Part shown: piece by piece, positions 39,514-52,189 of the stretch
Position numbering within the stretch: the stretch's first letter is position 1
How the letters are laid out: each line of letters opens with the position of its first letter
NCBI RefSeq assembly: GCF_006345805.1
Contig: NC_043010.1
Span: forward strand, 51,026,001 to 51,090,000
From: Octopus sinensis
Lineage: Eukaryota
DNA length: 64,000 nt
Direction: 5' to 3'
Made by a program: the position numbers and the translations under genes
The notes under the pieces: generated by a model
What the model saw: only the letters and a program-made list of their open reading frames with translations
What the model was told of the DNA's origin: nothing
Databases searched by the model: none

Positions 39514-39904
39514 ACGTAACTAAACACTTTGAAACTTCGTATACTGGTAGAATGTGTTTCTAAAACATCTTTTTCTCTTGGCTTTATTGAGAAAATTCTA
39601 TAGTTTGTAAGATATTTGTTGTTTTTTTGCTTCAATTTCTACAATTTCAACCAATCAATGACGTCTATTGAGGTGAAAACATTCTGTGCCGTATGAATAT
39701 GTCCCTCGTTTAATAAACAGATTGGGTTTATTTACATTTGTGAAATAAAAAAAGATACCCTTCCCCCCACCCCTAACCCTAACCCTAACTAAATCTAACC
39801 CTAAAACAGATTGAAATGCAATAGATCGATACTAGGGTCATAATAATGGGTGACAATTTCATATGACACCGCTAGAAAAACTGCCGTTTAAACCGAAAAG
39901 ATCC
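38422..39904. mobile_element. Non-autonomous TIR transposon (Merlin-like), 29-bp TIRs, 8-bp TSD GCTCTTTT
   Basis: GGATCTTTTCGGTTTGAACGG at 38422 versus CCGTTTAAACCGAAAAGATCC ending at 39904. GCTCTTTT at 38414-38421 and 39905-39912. Confidence 0.8.
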
Positions 39905-40182
39905 GCTCTTTTTGAGTGTTGGGCCTATGATGGATGACTGAGACCTTTGGAATCATGCTGTGCTTGAGAAGAAGACCCATCAAGCCAAGTATAATTGTAG
40001 TTGTGATACAGGTCTCATGCAAAGAATAAGTACTAGGCTTACAAAGAATAAGTCCTGGGGTCGATTTGCTTGACTAAAGGCGGTGTTCCAGTATGGCCGC
40101 AGTCAAATGACTGAAACAAGTAAAAGCGTAAATACGAGCATGTCTGGATATGCAAGTATATGCATGAGAAGACATACAAAAA

Positions 40183-41221
40183 TCCATCCATCCATCCATC
40201 CATCCATCCATCCCATCCATCCATCCATCCATCCATCATCCATCCATCATCCATCCATCCATCCATCCATCCATCCATCCATCCATCCATCCATCCATCC
40301 ATCCATCCATCCATCCATCCATCCATCCATCCATCCATCCATCCATCCATCCATCCATCCATCCATCCATCCATCCATCCATCCATCCATCCATCCATCC
40401 ATCCATCCATCCATCCATCATCCATCCACCATCCATCCATCCATCCATCCATCCATCCATCCATCATCCATCCATCCATCCATCCATCCATCCATCCATC
40501 CATCCATCCATCCATCCATCCATCCATCCATCCATCCATCCATCCATCCACCATCCATCCATCCATCCATCCATCCATCCATCCATCCATCCATCATCCA
40601 TCCATCCATCCATCCATCCATCATCCATCCATCCATCCATCCATCCATCCATCCATCCATCCATCCATCCATCCATCCATTCCATCCATCCATCCATCCA
40701 TCCATCCATCCATCCATCCATCCATCCATCCATCCATCCATCCATCCATCCATCCATCCATCCATCCATCCATCTCCATCCATCCATCCATCCATCCATC
40801 CATCCATCCATCCATCCATCCATCCATCCATCCATCCATCCATCCATCCATCCATCCATCCATCCATCCATCCATCCATCCATCCATCCATCCATCATCC
40901 ATCCATTCCATCCATCATCCATCCATCCATCCATCCATCCATCCATCCATCCATCCATCCATCCATCCTCCATCCATCCATCCATCCATCATCCATCCAT
41001 CCATCATCCATCCATCCATCCATCCATCATCCATCCATCCATCCATCCATCCATCCATCCATCCATCCATCCATCCATCCATCCATCCATCCATCATCCA
41101 TCCATCCATCCATCCATCCATCCATCCATCCATCCATCCATCCATCCATCCATCCATCCATCCATCCATCCATCCATCCATCCATCCATCCATCCATCCA
41201 TCCATCCATCCATCCATCCAT
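40183..41221. repeat. (CCAT)n microsatellite, about 1.04 kb
   Basis: Direct reading, with occasional CAT slips. Confidence 0.98.
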
Positions 41222-41271
41222 GTATGTTATGACTGCCTCTCGTTATCGAGTATGGCCATAGCACGAAGATA

Positions 41272-41595
41272 TACATACATACATACATACATACATACAT
41301 ACATACATACATACGTACGTACGTAAGTGCATGCATGCATGCATACATACATACATAAATACATACGTACGTACGTAAGTGCATGCATGCATACATGCAT
41401 ACATACATACATACATACATACATACATACATACATACATACAAACAAACAAACAAACAAACAAACAAACAAACAAACAAACAAACAAACAAACAAACAA
41501 CAAACAAACAAACAAACAAACAAACAAACAAACAAACAAACAAAAACAAACAAACAACAACAACAAACAAACAAACAAACAAACAAACAAACCAA
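41272..41595. repeat. Compound (TACA)n/(TACG)/(TGCA) then (AAAC)n microsatellite
   Basis: Direct reading. Confidence 0.95.
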
Positions 41596-42039
41596 CAAAA
41601 ATACCCTGTTGTCGATGTTGAAATTCTAATCGTTAGAAATTCCTAGGTTAGAAACTGGTTCTTTTTCTATTGGCAAAAAATCTCGAAATAAAACTGAATG
41701 GCATACATACACACACACACACACACATGCAGTTTCACTTTATTAAAAATCAACTCAAATATGGTCGTCTGCACTTAGTTATATATTATATGTGCAGAAG
41801 AACTTTCTCTACAAAGAAAATTTCCGAAGCTATTATTTAACAACCAGTGAATGTTCTTCATCAAAATACTACTTCCATTATTCGTTCTAAGCTCTTAACA
41901 ACTATTTGAGTACCTGACTTTCCCCGCTGGCTTATCTTATTTTTAGCTCGATTGAAATTTTGGCGAGTTCTCTCCCCTGCACCTTGACATCAAAAAAATT
42001 TATTAACGCTAACGTCATTCCCCCCGTTTTGGATTGTTA

Positions 42040-42454
42040 GGCGGCGAGCTGGCAGAAACGTTAACACGCCGGGCGAAATGCTTAGCGGTATTTCGCCTGC
42101 CGTTACGTTCTGGGTTCAAATTCCGCCGAGGTCGACTTTGCCTTTCGTCCTTTCGGGGTCGATATATTAAGTACCAGTTACGCACTGGAGTCGATATAAT
42201 TGACTTAATCCCTTTGTCTGTCCTTGTTTGTCCCTTCTGCGTTTAGCCTCTTGTGGGTAGTAAAGAAATAGGTATTTCGTCTGCCGCTACGTTCTGAGTT
42301 CAAATTCCGCCAAGGTCGACTTTGCCTTTCATCCTTTCGGGGTCGATTAAATAAGTACCAGTTACGCAGTGGAGTCGATATACTCGACTTAATCCGTTTG
42401 TCTGTCCTTGTTTGTCCTCTCTGCGTTTAGCCCCTTGTGGGTAGTAAAGAAATA
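42040..42454 (+). mobile_element. SINE B dimer
   Basis: Junction at 42271, TSD-like ggattgt(t/a)a on both sides. Confidence 0.9.
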
Positions 42455-43204
42455 GGATTGTAATTTCAGGGAAATATATTTTCAGCTCGCCATTTCAAGT
42501 TTGGTAGCTTATCTTTCCTTTTTTACACGCGCGCGCGTGTGTGGCGATTGCTCCATCTTCACAGATGATCGTCGTTTCCTTGTGCTTCTTAGCTGTCAAT
42601 GGCATTTCTGATTTTGCGTCCGTGACCTCTCAGATGCCTATTCAATCCCGTTACAGATCTACCCGGTTTGAAGCATAGGCGACAACTGAAAGTAGAAGCT
42701 TTCTGTGTCCTTCCACATGGTTAGGTCTGCACACGTCTCCGCTCTTCCATTACCGTAAGACTTACAGTACATGGAATGACAAAAGAGATCACCATAAAGA
42801 GACATCTGTTGGTCTTTGAATGAATTATAGTGATAAACGTTTGTAGAATACGAGTATCATCCCCCGAGTCTCTGTGATTAGTACCCAGTGACAGGCCGAA
42901 GCGAATTGACCAGGAATCACGAGAAACCACAGGTTTCACATCAGTGTGACTCTCTCCTAGAAGGATGCTGTGACAACAGCTAGAGGCCCTTCGCTCCCAG
43001 TGGCTTGACTGCGCACCCTGACATCAACCAAGCGTACTTCTGCGTTCCTGTACTAGATCGGTGGGATCCAGACATGCGCTACTACTCCGGGTCAGAGTAG
43101 TCCTGGGAACAATAGTACACACACACATGCACGCACGCACGCACATACACACACAGATACATACAACCATACGTACACACGCTCACACACACACACACTC
43201 ACAC

Positions 43205-43595
43205 ATAAATACATGATGGCCGTCCACTCGTGACCGAGGTAAACCATACTGACCTTTAGGAACATTGTACGCTCAAGACTACCTTATACTTTACACTTGC
43301 GGTTCCGTTGGTGACTAAGGAGCCCTGCTCTTGACAAACATACACGACTACAAACATTGCAGACCAAGCTTTCCCCATTCACTACGCTAGAAGTGCATTT
43401 TCGAGCAGCATGTTTAAATTCTTCATGAAGAATACGTGCTCTTTCAAAGGTATCGGCTCTCCCCTTTGTCTGTTTCCTCCATCCATGGCGATGACAAGCA
43501 TTGCTCTCCCAGTTATCCCCCCGCATTTCACTGGCCTTTAATGAGAACTTAACACAGTCCTCAAATCGCAGTCTTGGCTTCTGCCGGGATCGCTT
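43205..43595 (-). mobile_element. BovB-like RTE 3' end with a C-terminal C2H2-type finger
   Basis: KRSRQKPRLRFEDC...W...A..R..WR...CNVCSRVCLSRAGLLSHQR*. Confidence 0.85.
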
Positions 43596-43930
43596 TCCAC
43601 ATAGAGGAGACAAACAAGGACAGACAAACGGATTAAGTCGATTATATCGACCCCAGTGCGTAACTGGTACTTATTTAATCGACCCCGAAAGGGTGAAAGG
43701 CAAAGTCGACCTCGGCGGAATTTGAACTCAGGACGTAGCGGCAAACGAAATACCTATTTCTTTATTGCCCACAAGGGGCTACACACAGAGGGGACAAATG
43801 TGAACAGACAAACGGATTAAGTCGATTATATCGACCCCAGTGCGCACCCTGGGACTCAGAACGTAGCGGCAGACGAAATACTGCTAAGCATTTCGCCCGG
43901 CGTGCTAACGTTTCTGCCAGCTCGCCGCCT
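43596..43930 (-). mobile_element. SINE B multimer, rearranged, interrupting the BovB-like RTE
   Basis: Same junction (gaaatacctatttctttatt) at about 43750. Confidence 0.85.
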
Positions 43931-44064
43931 TAATCTCACAATTCTACCGATCAAATGAAACAAGGGAGGTTACTCTGTTTTTACTGTTAAAAACTTGCTC
44001 CATATATTGTTTCTTGAAAGTCACAGCATCTGTGATCCGTGACCATTTTTTTCCTTCTTTTTTA

Positions 44065-44395
44065 CTTGTTTTAGTCATTAGACTTCGGCCATGGTGGGGC
44101 ACCGCTTTGAAGAAATTTTAGTCAAACGAATCGACTCCAGTACTCATTTTAAGCCAGTTACTTTTGTCGAACCGCTAAGTTACGAGGGCGTAAACAAACT
44201 ACCACAAGTTGTCAACCGGCAGCAGGGCACACGCACACACACACACGCACACGACGGGCTTCTTTCAGTTTCCGTCTACCAAAATCCACTCACAAGGATT
44301 TGGTCGGCCCGAGGCTATAGTAAGTAGAAGACACTTGCCCAAGGTGCCACGCAACGGTACTGAACCCAGAACCATGTGGTTGGGAAGCTAACTTC
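44065..44395 (-). mobile_element. SINE A, CpG-intact
   Basis: Family match. Confidence 0.85.
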
Positions 44396-44404
44396 TTAAT
44401 TTAA

Positions 44405-44505
44405 ATACCGGCATGGACATGGCCAGTCTGAAGGAAGCGGCCCAAGATAGAACTGACTGGAGGACACTGATCCAACGAGTGACCGAGAGTCGACTTCGAC
44501 TGAGC

Positions 44506-44566
<61 letters not shown>
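44405..44566 (+). mobile_element. BovB-like RTE extreme 3' end with a (GA)n tail
   Basis: [34 protein letters not shown] resembles the BovB C-terminus. Confidence 0.75.
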
Positions 44567-44568
<2 letters not shown>

Positions 44569-44583
44569 TGCATGTATGTATGC

Positions 44584-44616
<33 letters not shown>

Positions 44617-45225
44617 TGTATGTATGTATATATGTATGTATGTGTATGAGTCGTCCAAGTTATGAGGGGGTGCTTTAACCAGAATTCCGCTCTGAAAAGA
44701 ATTTTTACTTTTTATTTTTCAGAAGACACTTTAAACAAACACATCCAAAGGAATTACGGATTTTGGCACACTAGATAATTTTCAACTATTCCATAGGATT
44801 TTATGTATATCTGTATCTCTGCATTTTTTCTTCTTTCTTTCGTTTTTAATTATAGATTTATCATATACATACGTATTATATATGTAATTATTAAATTCAA
44901 ATCTTAATTTTCATGGAACATTTCTAAAATAAAACTGTGTGTGTGTGTGTGTATTTTGTATTTCATTTAAATATAGTCATTAGACCAAAATATCTTTATC
45001 TGCCTTTCTATTTCCATACCAGCTCGACAAAGATCGTTATTATAGCCGATTTTTTTTTTAAACCGGAGGCACCTGTACTTGATGAAGGGAGTTACAAGTT
45101 CTAGCTTATCTATATCGCGCTTGCTTTAGCTCCCCCCCCCCCTACATACACATTATGCATACATACACACACATATCCATCCGCCCATTCATCCATGCAT
45201 ACATGTCGGTTGGTACATGTGTGTA

Positions 45226-45319
45226 CAGTATTGTCGCACTATTGTCGCATAAGTCGCACTATTTTATACTTGATTTTAACTGGAAAAAATGGGTGCGCTT
45301 TATATACATGTAAATACTG
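45226..45319. mobile_element. Small TA-flanked MITE (Tc1/pogo-type ends)
   Basis: TA-CAGTATT ... AATACTG-TA. Confidence 0.4.
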
Positions 45320-45327
45320 TATGTGCC

Positions 45328-45369
<42 letters not shown>

Positions 45370-45723
45370 CACGTACTCTCTCTCTCGCGCGCTTCAGTCT
45401 GCAATAAAGCGGTGCCTTGACAGTTTCTTATTCAATATTATCTACCACATTCGGATGGCGAGCTGGCAGAATCGTTATCACGCTGGACAAAATGCTTAAC
45501 TGCGTTTCGTCCGACTTTACGTTCAGAGTTCAAATGGCGCTGGGTTCGATAAAATAAGTACCAGTTACGTAATGTGGGGTTGCTGTAATCGACTTGTCCC
45601 CTCCTTCGAATGTGCTGGTCTTTTTTCAAAATTTGAAATTTATGTTATCTACCGCAGTTCTTACTTTAACGCACAGGATATAAGCACAGTTATTTCAAGT
45701 GGTGCCAAGCCCTAAGGCTCTCA

Positions 45724-45940
45724 TGGCGAGCTGGCAGACACGTTACCGCGCCGGGCGAAATGCTTAGCGGTACTTCGACTGTCGTTACGTTCTGAGTTCA
45801 AATTCCGCCGAGGTCGACTTTGCCTTTCATCCTTTCGGGGTCGATAAATAAAGTACCAGTTTCGCACTGGGGTCGATGTAATCGACTTAATCCCTTTGTC
45901 TGTCCCCTCTATGTTTAGCCCCTTGTGGGCAATAAAAAAA
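45724..45940 (+). mobile_element. SINE B monomer
   Basis: Family match. An inverted older copy lies at 45435-45630. Confidence 0.85.
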
Positions 45941-47669
45941 ATATATATAGGCACACACAAAGTACAAAATATGTTAAGACCATAGTTTGAATTTCTTTGA
46001 TCATAAGTCTACTCATTCGGAACTAATTTGGGACTAAGCAACCGTGTAGTCGATCCACATGTTAGAAATAGTAACCAGACCTTTCAATAATCACATTTTA
46101 CTGTCTTCAAAATTGAAGTGTATTTAGTCCTAGATACACTATGTCAACACATGGTGCAACGACATGGCTGTAATGCCTTTCTTTGATCAAAAGTTTTTTT
46201 AATCAAGGCCGACCAGGTGCGTAACAATAACAACCGGCGACTTTACAGAAGTGTTTGTGTTCCCCAGCTTTCTCCCGCCCCTCCCTAACTTTCTTTAGAA
46301 TACATATTATGCATCTAAAGTATATGCTTGGAAAATGTTTTTTATACATTTTAAAAAAAGTTATGGGGAAACAAAGCCGGGAAGAGTGGGACATGCTTCT
46401 GTAGTTGCGCCCATAAACCGTATAATTTATGGTTATTGTTTTGTGTATAGCACTGAGCTACAGTCTTCGGTAGAAAGTCCTATTTGGCAAAACAGAGGAG
46501 ACCTTGTTGCAGCTCCAGCAAAAAACTTCAACCAAAAAATACTGTAATACTTACTGATCTGACTGCCATAAGGAATTTAGGGGCCATGTTTCTGTACATC
46601 TTTGACAGTAGTCGGACAGACAGCGGACTATGTATTACTTGAGTGCTAAGTCAGAACCCCCCCCCCTCTTGTTGAATAGAATCGCCACCGTTTGTGTGTA
46701 CGTGCTGATTGACGAGTTAAGAGCATGAAAAAACTGACAACTGTTTTAAAATAGGTAATATTACTATCGGTCGTTATATTAACACCATAACACTAGTATA
46801 ACTAGATAACTTAGAAAACTATTTTCTTTGATCAAACACACTGATGATCAAAAGACATTCCAGCCGTGACTATCATATCTAAAAAAAAATTTTTGTTTTG
46901 TAGATTGTGTATCTGGTATATTATCCATTGTCTTTTATTTTTGTAGACGATAGCGTGTGTGGGAGATCTAGCTACTATTTCTAGGCGTTCGAGGCACCAC
47001 GTAGAGGCTCCCTCGTTGAGTTTGTGGGGAATGGTGTCGGTGGAAATATGGGATGGGAGGGAAAGTAATGTCAAGAAAGGTGTTAGGTAAAAGCTGACAT
47101 TACGTGACTGGTTCAGTGTCTTAGACAGTAGGTTGCTTTGACAGAGAAAAATGAAGGTGGAGGTGAAGAAAGCAAAGTTCGGCAATTGAATGACGCTGAG
47201 GTGGTGGAACGAGTGTGAGAGCTATAAAGACAGAACGATGGACTAGGATTAGAAAGACAGATGATACATATAGTTAGACTGTTAGAAAAAAGAACTAAAA
47301 TGATAGACAGGATATCGATCTTCATCATCGTCATCGCCATCACCGCTGTCACCACCATCATCATTTAACGCCCATTTTCCATACTGGCATGGGCTGGACA
47401 GCTTGACAGGAACTGACAAGGGCAGGGGCCGCAACAGGTTCCATAGTCTGTTTTGGCATGGTTTCTATGGCTGGATGCCCTTCCTAATGCCAACCACTTT
47501 TAAGAACGTACCAGTGACTCAAAATTAGTTGTACGTCCTTATTTTCCGATTGCAACTTGTGCTTCAGACTGGACTCTACACCAGACCAAAAGTATTTGAA
47601 AAGTGGTATTTATAGTACATAGTAGGGATACTGTGATTGAGATAGTTATAGAAACACTTACATTAGAAA

Positions 47670-48605
47670 GGCGGCGAGCTGGCAGAAACGTTAGCACGCT
47701 GGACGAAATGCTTGGCGGTATTTTGTCTGCCGCTACGTTCTGAGTTCAAATTCTGCCGAGATCGACTTTGCCTTTCATCCTTTCAGGATCGATAAATTAA
47801 GTACCAGTTACGCACTCGTGTCGATATAATTGACTTGATCCGCTTGTCTGTCCTCTCTGTGTTTAGCTTCTTGTGGGTAGTAAAGAAATAGGTATTTTGT
47901 CTGCCACTACGTTTTGAGTTCAAATTCTGCCGAGGTCGACTTTGCCTTTCATCCTTTCAGGGTCGATAAATTAAGTACCAGTTACGCACTGGAGTCAATG
48001 TAATCGACTTAATCCGTTTGTATGTCCTCTCTGTGTTTAGCCCCTTGTGGGTAGTAAAGAAATAGGTATTTCGTCTGCCGCTACGTTCTGAGTTCGAATT
48101 CTGCCTAGGTCGACATTGCCTTTCATCCTTTCAGGGTCGATAAATTAAGTACCAGTTACACACTGGGGTCGATGTAATTGACTTAATCCGTTTGTCTGTC
48201 CTTGTTTGTCCCCTCTGTGTTTAGCTCCTTGTGGGTAGTAAAGAAATAGGTATTTCGTCTGCCACTACGTTCTGAGTTCCAATTCCACCGAGGTTGATCT
48301 TGCCTTCATCCTTTCGGGGCCAATTAAATAAGTACAAGTTATGCACTTGGGTCAATATAATCGACTTAATCCCTTTGTCTGTCCTTGTTTGTCTTCTCTG
48401 TGTTTAGCCCCTTGTGGGTAGTAAAGAAATAGGTATTTCGACTGCCATTCGGTCTGAGTTCAAATTCTGCCGAGGATTTTTTTTCCTTTCATCCTTTCGG
48501 GGTCGATAAATTAAGTACCAGTTACGCACTGAGGTCAATATAATCGACTTAATCCCTTTTTCTGTCCCCTCTATGTTTTGCCCCTCGTGGGCAATAAAGA
48601 AATAA
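47670..48605 (+). mobile_element. SINE family B pentamer (head GGCGGCGAGCTGGCAGAAACG)
   Basis: One full monomer plus four units of 174-184 bp. 19-bp TSD at 47651-47669 and 48606-48624. Confidence 0.9.
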
Positions 48606-48894
48606 GAAACGCTTACATTAGAAAATCTCTTCGCATGAGATTACACCATGACCAATGTAATGAAAATCCCTGCAAGGGCCATTTCTTCTTGCAATGTGGT
48701 GATTTGTGTGTCTTTCAATGATCCTGAGAGCTATGCCAATGGAGCACAAGCCCATGAATTGTTCGGACCACCTGTTCCCAGAAGCAAAAATGTTTGCATA
48801 CGATCGACACCTCTGTCTTCTATGCTGGCATAGTATGGGTTGAAAAGCACAGTAGGATCTGAAGAACGGCAGGATTTTTTAATTTTTTAAATTT

Positions 48895-49262
48895 ATTTTA
48901 CTTGTTTCAGCCATTTGACTGCAGCCATGCTGGAGCACTGCCTTTAGTCGAGCAAATCAACCCCAGGACTTATTCTTTGTAAGCCTAGTACTTATTCTAT
49001 CGGTCTCTTTTGCCGAACCGCTAAGTTACGGGGATGTAAACACACCAGCATCGGTTGTCAAGCGATGCTGGGGGGGGGGGACAACACAGACATATATATA
49101 TATACGACAGGCTTCTTTAAGTTTCCATCTACCAAATTCACTCACAAGGCTTTGGGCGGCCCGAGGCTTTAGTAGAATACACTTGCTGAAAGTGCCACGC
49201 AGTGGGACCGAACCCGGAACCATGTGGTTTGTAAGCAAGCTACTTACCACACAGCTACCCCT
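48895..49262 (-). mobile_element. SINE A, CpG-intact
   Basis: Family match. Confidence 0.9.
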
Positions 49263-50857
49263 GTGCCTAACTCATTTAAAAAAAATTTCCCTCTTTGGAT
49301 TTTTTCCTTTCCGACAAAGAGCTATGCTCGCTTTTTACTGAGCATCGAACTAATATATTCCTTGTGTACATCCTCTTGTCTATCAACGTCCTTTATTATT
49401 ATTGTATATATAACATAATGCAAACGTGTAGCTTTTTTGTGCATTTTGTTTGAGGAAAATAAAGAAATCACAGTAATAACGTTTAGTAAATGTTGCTTAC
49501 TGCAAGTTATGGATGATTCTTTTATGACTTCATTGCTTTCAGGCTTAGCTTAAGGTATTTTCACGCCCGACATCACAAAATGCGTCTGAATAAACATTGC
49601 CGGACAGCAAATAGAGACTCGGACATTGCTTAGAAAATAATTTTCATTTTTAACCTCGTATATAGTACGCACTAGGGATTTTGACCTTTAAATTTTGGGA
49701 ATAAAATGCGGATTATACTCGAGGATTTATGGTATGTGTTTATGCATGCTTGTATGTTGTTCTCTGATTTTAATTATTTGAAATCTTCCTATGAGAAACG
49801 TTTCTAACAAAGATATGAAACTCTGTTGTTGGAATATAGAGAACAAAAACAAATTCATGTTTTAAACTTGAGAAAAATCTTGTGTATTTACTCTGTTCTG
49901 CTTTTAGATTGTATTTGTAACAAGCACTCCCAACTCTGTCCAGCTCATGGAAACATGGAAGAGTGGACATTTAATGATGAAGATGATGATGAGGAGGTTG
50001 AGGAGGATAAACATGAGTAAAAAAAAGCCACAGATAAAGAAGGGCAAATGAATAAAGAGACGACATTTTTAGTGTTTTCAGAACATTTTATTAATAAAAT
50101 AATACATAACACACATATACACCATTGTTTGTGAGTATACAGGAATTGTTGAGTAGGTGAAGGTGATAGAAACCGAATGTCTTCCAGTATTTTACCCTAC
50201 CTCTCAATGTCCTGGGTTCAAATCCAACTAAGGTTAAATAATACCAGTCACATATTAGGGATCGTCACTCTACAAGTTGTTATAGGCCTTATTGCCAATT
50301 ATTATAGGGCACTTTGATAAAATGTCTAGGATTTGGCACAATGCTGAGTGTTGTGTTTAAACATGTTCTTGCATTCATGTATTAATATTTCATTGGATGT
50401 GCCATGTGAAGTAATGCAAAGGTGTGTGGCCCAGTGGTCAGGGTGTTGCAATCACAATCATAAGATTGCAGTATCAATCCCCGGACAAGGTAGTGCATTG
50501 CGTTCTTGAGCAAAGCACTTGATTTCACATTGCTCTGCAAACACTTTGAAAGCTGACATTTGGTGCACCACGTGCCCGTACGTGGAAAATCAGTTTGCTG
50601 GTAGGAGTAGCAAATGTATAAGACAAACATTTGAACACTATAAATGAACACACAGGAAAGTTCATGGAAAAAACACACGTTGCATGAATGTGTGTTTATG
50701 AGAGCTGTAGTGCTATAGTTACATGCCTTTCAGTGTGAAATTACATATGAGGTACTAGGAGTGCGGCTGTATTTTCTTTTGTCACTGTCTATATAAAATT
50801 GTTATATACAACAGAAGCAAACAGCATTAGATTGAAATACCCATTTGTGTATCCATA

Positions 50858-51650
50858 CTTAAGGTTAATACATTGTGATAGGCAAATTAATTCTGGTTTT
50901 CATCCTGAGATGGAGGTAAGCTGGCAGAATCATTAGCATGCAGGGTCAAATGCTTAGTGGTATTTCATCCGTCTTTACATTCTGAGTTCAAATTCTGCTG
51001 CGGTCAACTTTGCCTTTAACTTTGTAGCAGAGTAGGCTCATCAAACCAGTATGATCTCAAGCTTAATTTACAGCATCCACGTCAGACCATGGTTGGTGAA
51101 GAAAACATGCTAAGGCCTTAATCCTGCAGTGGACTGAGCATAGTCAATCCAGTCCAATACTATCCATCCTGAGATAATATCTCATGGATGTGCTGTGTTT
51201 AAAAACACAAAATATAATGGAGGCAGATGAAAATTGTCCAAGCAGTGGCTGGTGAGAATCTTAGATGCATTTCTGCCTCATTAGGCTTCGTCAGTAGCAT
51301 TTACTCACAACAAACCACATGCCAAGAAGAAATCTGTTGTCACTGATATAAGGAAAAAGTGAATAGGTATTCACTGATATTGCAAATAGCTGCCTGGCTG
51401 AATAAAATCCTGTTATATGCAAGAGAAACAGTATTCAGTTTTCCTATATCAATGGTGACAGGCATATAGTTGGCTATGAGTACATGCTACTGACAAAGCT
51501 CCATCAGGCAGATACTTGCATCTAGCATTCTCACCAGCTGCTGCTTGGACAATTTTCATATGTTGTGTTTTTTAACACAGCATATCCATATGAGATGTTA
51601 TATCAAGACTAATACTTCAGTTAATTTGCCTATCTTGAGTTAACACTAAG
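50858..51650. mobile_element. Old MITE-like element with long imperfect inverted arms, interrupted by a SINE B
   Basis: 51173-51268 is the reverse complement of about 51518-51605. Outer gataggcaaattaa / ttaatttgcctatc. Confidence 0.5.
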
Positions 51651-51815
51651 TACAATACACAATACACATCAACTAAATTAACCTTTTGTGTCTTTTTTTT
51701 TTTTACATGTTTCAGTCATTGGACTGTGGCCATACTGGGGCACCATCTTGAAGGGTTTAGTTGAACAAATCAAGCCCAGTGCCTATTTAAAAAAAATCTG
51801 CTAACTATAGGTTCA

Positions 51816-52189
51816 GGAGTGGCTGTGTGGCAAGTAGCTTGCTTACCAATCACATGGTTCTGGGTTCAGTCCCACTGCGTGGCACCTTGGGCTGACCAAA
51901 GCCTTGTGAGTAGATTTGGTAGACGGAAACTGAAAGAAGCCCATCATATATATATATATATGTATGTGTGTGTATATGTTTGTGTGTCTGTGTCTGTCCC
52001 CCCAACATTGCTTGACAACCAATGCTGGTATGTTTACGTCCCCATAACTTAGCAATTTGGCAAAAGAGACCAATAGAATAAATACTAGGCTTACAAAGAA
52101 TAAGTCCTGGGGTCAATTTTCTCAGCTAAAGGTGGTGCTCCAGCATGGTTGCAGTCAAATGACTGAAACAAGTAAAAGAGTAAAAGAGT
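51816..52189 (+). mobile_element. SINE A
   Basis: Family match with a short internal deletion. Confidence 0.9.

Noticed and set aside
39771-39804. Telomere or interstitial telomeric fusion (also degenerate TTAGGG at 56410-56560)
   Set aside because: Only a few units, internal to a transposon or heavily degenerate.
40039-41646. Long ORFs up to 392 aa (HPSI/MDGW/CLFV repeats)
   Set aside because: Translations of tetranucleotide microsatellites. The same applies to the YI, CV and HT ORFs throughout the window.
46832-47310. 117-aa minus ORF
   Set aside because: Pyrimidine-rich and probably a retroelement relic. No recognisable domain.
49729-49737. First-exon ATG|GTATGT at the end of the CpG-retaining domain (and a similar minus-strand donor at 30274)
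   Set aside because: Single short motifs that cannot be distinguished from chance without transcript data.
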